From the human T2T-CHM13v2.0 reference genome, Homo sapiens: a stretch of DNA of 64,000 nt. Position numbers and translations under genes: made by a program. Where the stretch lies: NCBI RefSeq assembly GCF_009914755.1, contig NC_060933.1; one strand, 5' to 3'. Under the pieces are notes generated by a model, which saw nothing but the letters and a program-made list of their open reading frames with translations, was not told the DNA's origin and did no database searches. Numbering within the stretch: position 1 is the first letter of the stretch; each line of letters opens with the position of its first letter. Shown piece after piece: positions 56,891-64,000 of the stretch.

Positions 56891-58522
56891 TGTGTCCAAA
56901 ATTGGTGGGTTCTTGGTCTCACTGACTTCAAGAATGAAGCCGCGGACCCTTGCAGTGAGTGTTACAGTTCTTAAAGATGGTATGTCCGGAGTTTGTTCCT
57001 TCTGATATTCGGACATGTTTGGAGTTTCTTCCTTCTGTTGGGTTTGTGGTCTCGCTGGCTTCAGGAGTGAAGCTGCAGACCTTCATGGTGAGTATTACAG
57101 CTCTTAAGGCGGCACGTCTGGAGTTGTTTGTTCCTCCCGTCCGGAGTCATTCATTCCTCCCAGTGGGTTCGTTGTCTCGCTGGCCTCAGGAGTGAAGCTG
57201 CAGACCTTCACGGTGTTACAGCTCATAAAGGCAGTGCACACCCAAAGTGTGAGCAGCAACAAGATTTATTGCAAAGAGTGAGAGAACAAAGCTTCCACAG
57301 TGTGGAAGGGCACCTAAGCAGGTTGCCGCTGCTGGCTCAGGCAGCCTGCTTTTATTCCCTTATCTGACCCCACCCACATCCTGCTGATTGGCTCATTTTA
57401 CAGAGAGCTGATTGGTCCATTTTGACAGGGTGCTGATTGGTGCGTTTACAATCCCTGAGCTAGACACAAAAGTTCTCCAAGTCCCCACTAGATTAGCCAG
57501 ACACAGAAAACTGATTGGTGCATTTACAATCCCTGAGCTAGACACAGGGTGCTGATTGGTGCATTTACAATCCTTTAGCTAGACACAAAAGTTCTCCAAG
57601 TCCCCACTAGATTAGCCAGACACAGAGCACTGATTGGTGCATTTACAAACCTTGAGCTAGACACAGGGTGCTGATTGGTGCGTTTACAAACCTTGAGCTA
57701 GACACAGAGTGCTGATTGGTGCATTTAGCTAGACATAAAAGTTCTCTAGGTCCCCACCAGATTGTCTAGATACAGAGTGCTGATTGGTGCATCCACGAAC
57801 CCCGAGCTAGACACAGAATGCTGATTGGTGCATACACAATCCTATGGCTAGATATAAAAGTTCTCCAAGTCCCCACCCCACTCAGGAGTCCAGCTAGCTT
57901 TGCCTAGTAGATCCCACGCCAGGGCGGGGGAGCTGCCCGCCAATCCCATGCCACATGCCTGCACTCCTCAGCCCTTGGGTGGTCGATGGGACTAGGCGCC
58001 GTGGAGCAGGGGACTGTGGCTGTCAGGGAGTCTTGGGCTGCCTGGGCCGCTTGGGAGCCCACCCGGGGAGCGGGGAGGCTCGGGCATGGCTGCAGTCCCA
58101 AGCCCTGCCCCGCGGGGAGGCGGCTGAGGCCCGGCGAGAATTCAAGCGTGGTGGGGGTGGGCTGTCAGTGTTCGAGGACCCAGCGCCCCCTCCGCAGCTG
58201 CTGGCCAGGGTGCTAAGACCCTCACTGCACAGGGCCCGAGGCGCTGGCCGGCAGCTGTGAGTGTGAGGCCCGCCGAGCCCACGCCCACCCGGAACTTGCC
58301 CTGGTCCGCAAACGTGGTGCGCAGCCCCGGTTCCCGCCTGTGCCTGTCCCTCCACTCCTTCCCACAAGCAGAGGGAGCTGGCTCCAGCCTCAGCTAGCCC
58401 AGAGAGGGGCTCCAACAGTGTAGTGGTGGGCTAAAGGGCTCCTCGAGCATGGCCAGAGCAGACGACAAGACTGAGGAGGTGCTGAGAGCGAGCCAGGGCT
58501 GCTAGCCCGTGGTCACCTCTCA
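56891..58522 (-). mobile_element. Solo LTR12 (ERV9; C/D-like) inserted in a MIR
   Basis: Minus strand begins TGAGAGGTGAC and ends GGACACA; 4-bp TSD CTAT at 56887-56890 and 58523-58526. Confidence 0.96.
57384..57860 (-). promoter_or_regulatory. LTR12 U3 tandem array with ten CCAAT (NF-Y) boxes
   Basis: Ten CTGATTGG in repeated ~41/78-bp units, followed on minus by GGGAATAAAA (ERV9 TATA-like element). Confidence 0.85.
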
Positions 58523-59024
58523 CTATTTCTACTTATACTGAGCTGTAGTCTCCCAGTTTCTTCATCTGAAAAATAAGATGAAATAAGACAATGTGCATAA
58601 AGTGCTTAGTAAGTAGAATTAGTCAGTGGAGGTGAAGTGGGGGTCAATATATAGTGGCCTCTGTCTACATCTTTATAATTTATTTTGTGATTTAAGGGCA
58701 ACCATTTATGAAATAACATACTTTTTCAAAAAAACTGGTTTATTCGTTTCATCTTCAGGGTCTGTACTCAATGAACAGAGTGGAAATGCAATTGGAAAAA
58801 CTCTTAATATAAAATCCTATTAAGGACTACCTGGGTGTTTCCATCTGGGGCTTCTTTACCATACCGACAGGAGAGAAATTCCTTCATTGTTGCATGTTCC
58901 CCCTTTACTCCTGTGTATCATGTGTCCAAAAGCTTGTGGAAATGGCTTTCTACTTATTAGAATTAAGCAACTTTGGAATTTAATTTCTTTATGCCACTAT
59001 TAGGAAAATCAAGGTAATAATAAT

Positions 59025-59320
59025 ATCTACACCACCTACTGCAGCATGAGCATAAGGGTAAGATGGGATTATATTCATGACAGCAAACAGTTGGAATGTT
59101 TCCTTTATGCCAGTCACTGTTCTGAGTGTTCTACATGTATTAACCTATCTGTTCTCCAAAACTCCTATTAAGATGGACACTACATCTCAATGGGGCAATT
59201 GCAACATCTGTTTTTTCTAATTTGTCCTATATTTTCCAACAATAATTCTCCATGTTTGGCCATTTATAACTTAATGATAGAGCTGTAATATGGATTGAGG
59301 TAGTTTTGATCCGCAAAACA
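59025..59320 (-). mobile_element. MIR
   Basis: TATGCCAGTCACTGTTCTGAGTGTTCTACATGTATTAACC. Confidence 0.6.
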
Positions 59321-60599
59321 CTGACGTCTCACAGATTTTGACAACCGTTTACAGTGAATAACAGAGAACTTGCATGATCATGCACACTTAGGCTTTCTAC
59401 CTACAAGGAAGAGGAGTCTAGGTAGATTGGTGATTTCACATGGAATCCAATAAAGGAAAGAACCAATAAAACCAAAGGCTGGCTTTCTTTTGTAATAGGG
59501 ATTTGAAGAGGTCTATGAAATGCAGTCAACCAGAGAATAAGATGCAACGAATGTGGAATAGAAATCCAAATTTTATATGCAGCAGAACTGGAAACATACT
59601 CATTTATTCATTCATTGATTCTTTCACTATCGGGCATTTTGTTAATTATTGTCAATAGATGAATAAGACAGTACATTGCCTAAAAGTGCACCCTGTTTAC
59701 TGGTGAAGACAGTATTGCTTGTCATCCTGAAGTCTGTGGCATGAACTTGAGTGAATCACTCAATTGCTTAGCTCCTCTATTCCCTCGCTTATAAATAAGG
59801 ATAAAATCTCCTACATTACAAGGTTTCTGTGATTATTTAGAGAAGGACTGCATACAATGCTTGAAAGAAATTGTCGCTGAATAAAGTGGTTGTTATCATG
59901 AAGGTGGTGTGTGGAGGAAGTTGAAGTTACAAAAGTAATTTACACACTCAAAAAAGGATAAGAGGAAACAATAAAGGATATTTAACAGGGATATGTGATA
60001 TCAGGTTTTCATATTAGAAAGTTCATCTTGGTAGCAGGATGGAGACTGGGCTTCAAGGGGACTAAATGAAAGATAGTGTATCTATTAGGAATTATTAAGT
60101 AGAGGAAGAAGGCTGATAAGGCCAAGAGGGGTTGTGGACACGGAACAGAAACAAGAAAAATTTTTAATATAGAATACATTTTTCTACTTTAACCATATCT
60201 TAAACAGGGCTATTTCATGGGATTTAAAAACAGAACCTTAGGAAAAATCAAGAACACAACTAAGCAGTTTTAGTGAACAAATCCTATTTAGAACATTTCT
60301 CTTAGGTTTGGGGCAGCCAAAAGGTAGGGATTCTAGATGTTAACTTCCTGCCTTTGAGCTCGCTCCATTCCCCATTCCTGAGAGTCAGTATAGGTCACTT
60401 TATTTGGGGCCATTGGACATCTTTCCACAACTTATTTCTAGCACATACCTCACCTTGTTACACTTTTTTTTTCATGTATGTATCCCCCAATAAATGGAGA
60501 GTTCATTGAATGAAGATTGTCTTTTTCTGAATCCCAAATATTTAGATGATGCATGGAATTCAGTAAATGCTTGTTTCATAAATAAATGAACAAATGAGA

Positions 60600-60850
60600 G
60601 CATAGGAGTTAATCATGAGATCCCTGAAGTAAGACTGACAGGTTTTGAGTCCTGATTGCACCATCAATTACTAGCAGAATAACAAACCTCTAGGCCTATT
60701 TCCTCATCTATGAGGTGGAAATTACAATTTTAAAGAGTTGCAGTGAAGTTAAATGACACAAATATATGCTAAGTCCTTAGCCTTCTCCCTGACACACAAT
60801 CAGCATTTATTTTATTAAATGAGAGCTGCCACTATTACTATCAATATTAT
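60600..60850 (+). mobile_element. MIR
   Basis: TTTCCTCATCTATGAGGTGG...GAAGTTAAATGA. Confidence 0.65.
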
Positions 60851-61095
60851 TATCATAAAGACGCTGGACTCTTAATTTCTGAGGAACCATTTTCCCTCCA
60901 CCTTCTACTTTCTGCTGCCCAATATAATTCTGCTTTGGAAAATTGCTTTGATGGAATCAATGATTATAATAACTAAACTTGATGAACAGTAGGATGGATT
61001 GATTTTTATTTTCTTTATTTTTATAGCTTACTCTGTCATTATCTGTCTCCATGCAATCAATGAATCTTAGAATATACACATTTTAGTTATTTAGG

Positions 61096-64000
<2,905 letters not shown>

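Noticed and set aside
57384-57860. Repeat-spacer-like array resembling CRISPR
   Set aside because: It is the known LTR12 U3 tandem array; the 'spacers' are themselves repeated and the DNA is primate
57900-58520. CpG-island-like GC-rich segment with several ORFs
   Set aside because: Entirely inside LTR12; not a host gene promoter or CDS

Overview
This is AT-rich, repeat-dense primate genomic DNA; L1PA2, AluY-like and LTR12 insertions point to a hominoid, probably human or another great ape. It looks intronic or intergenic, and I recognise no host protein-coding exon. Nearly all long ORFs in the track derive from transposons. The main elements are: a full-length but dead L1PA2-like element (43353-49395, -) with an intact ORF0; a solo LTR12 (56891-58522); a near-complete MST/THE1-type MaLR; a solo LTR8; an MLT2/ERVL fragment split by a twin-primed L1; several 5'-truncated L1PAs; the 5' half of an L1PB; seven Alus; and many old MIR/L2/L1M/MLT1 relics. 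The structure these repeats do not explain is two local inverted duplications of apparently non-TE sequence within 6 kb. One has 260-bp arms at ~97% identity (28178-28437 / 29607-29866); the other has ~130-bp arms at ~80% (32582-32706 / 33581-33711). I found no evidence of a new multi-gene system. Subfamily calls come from recalled consensus motifs, and boundaries of old repeats are approximate.
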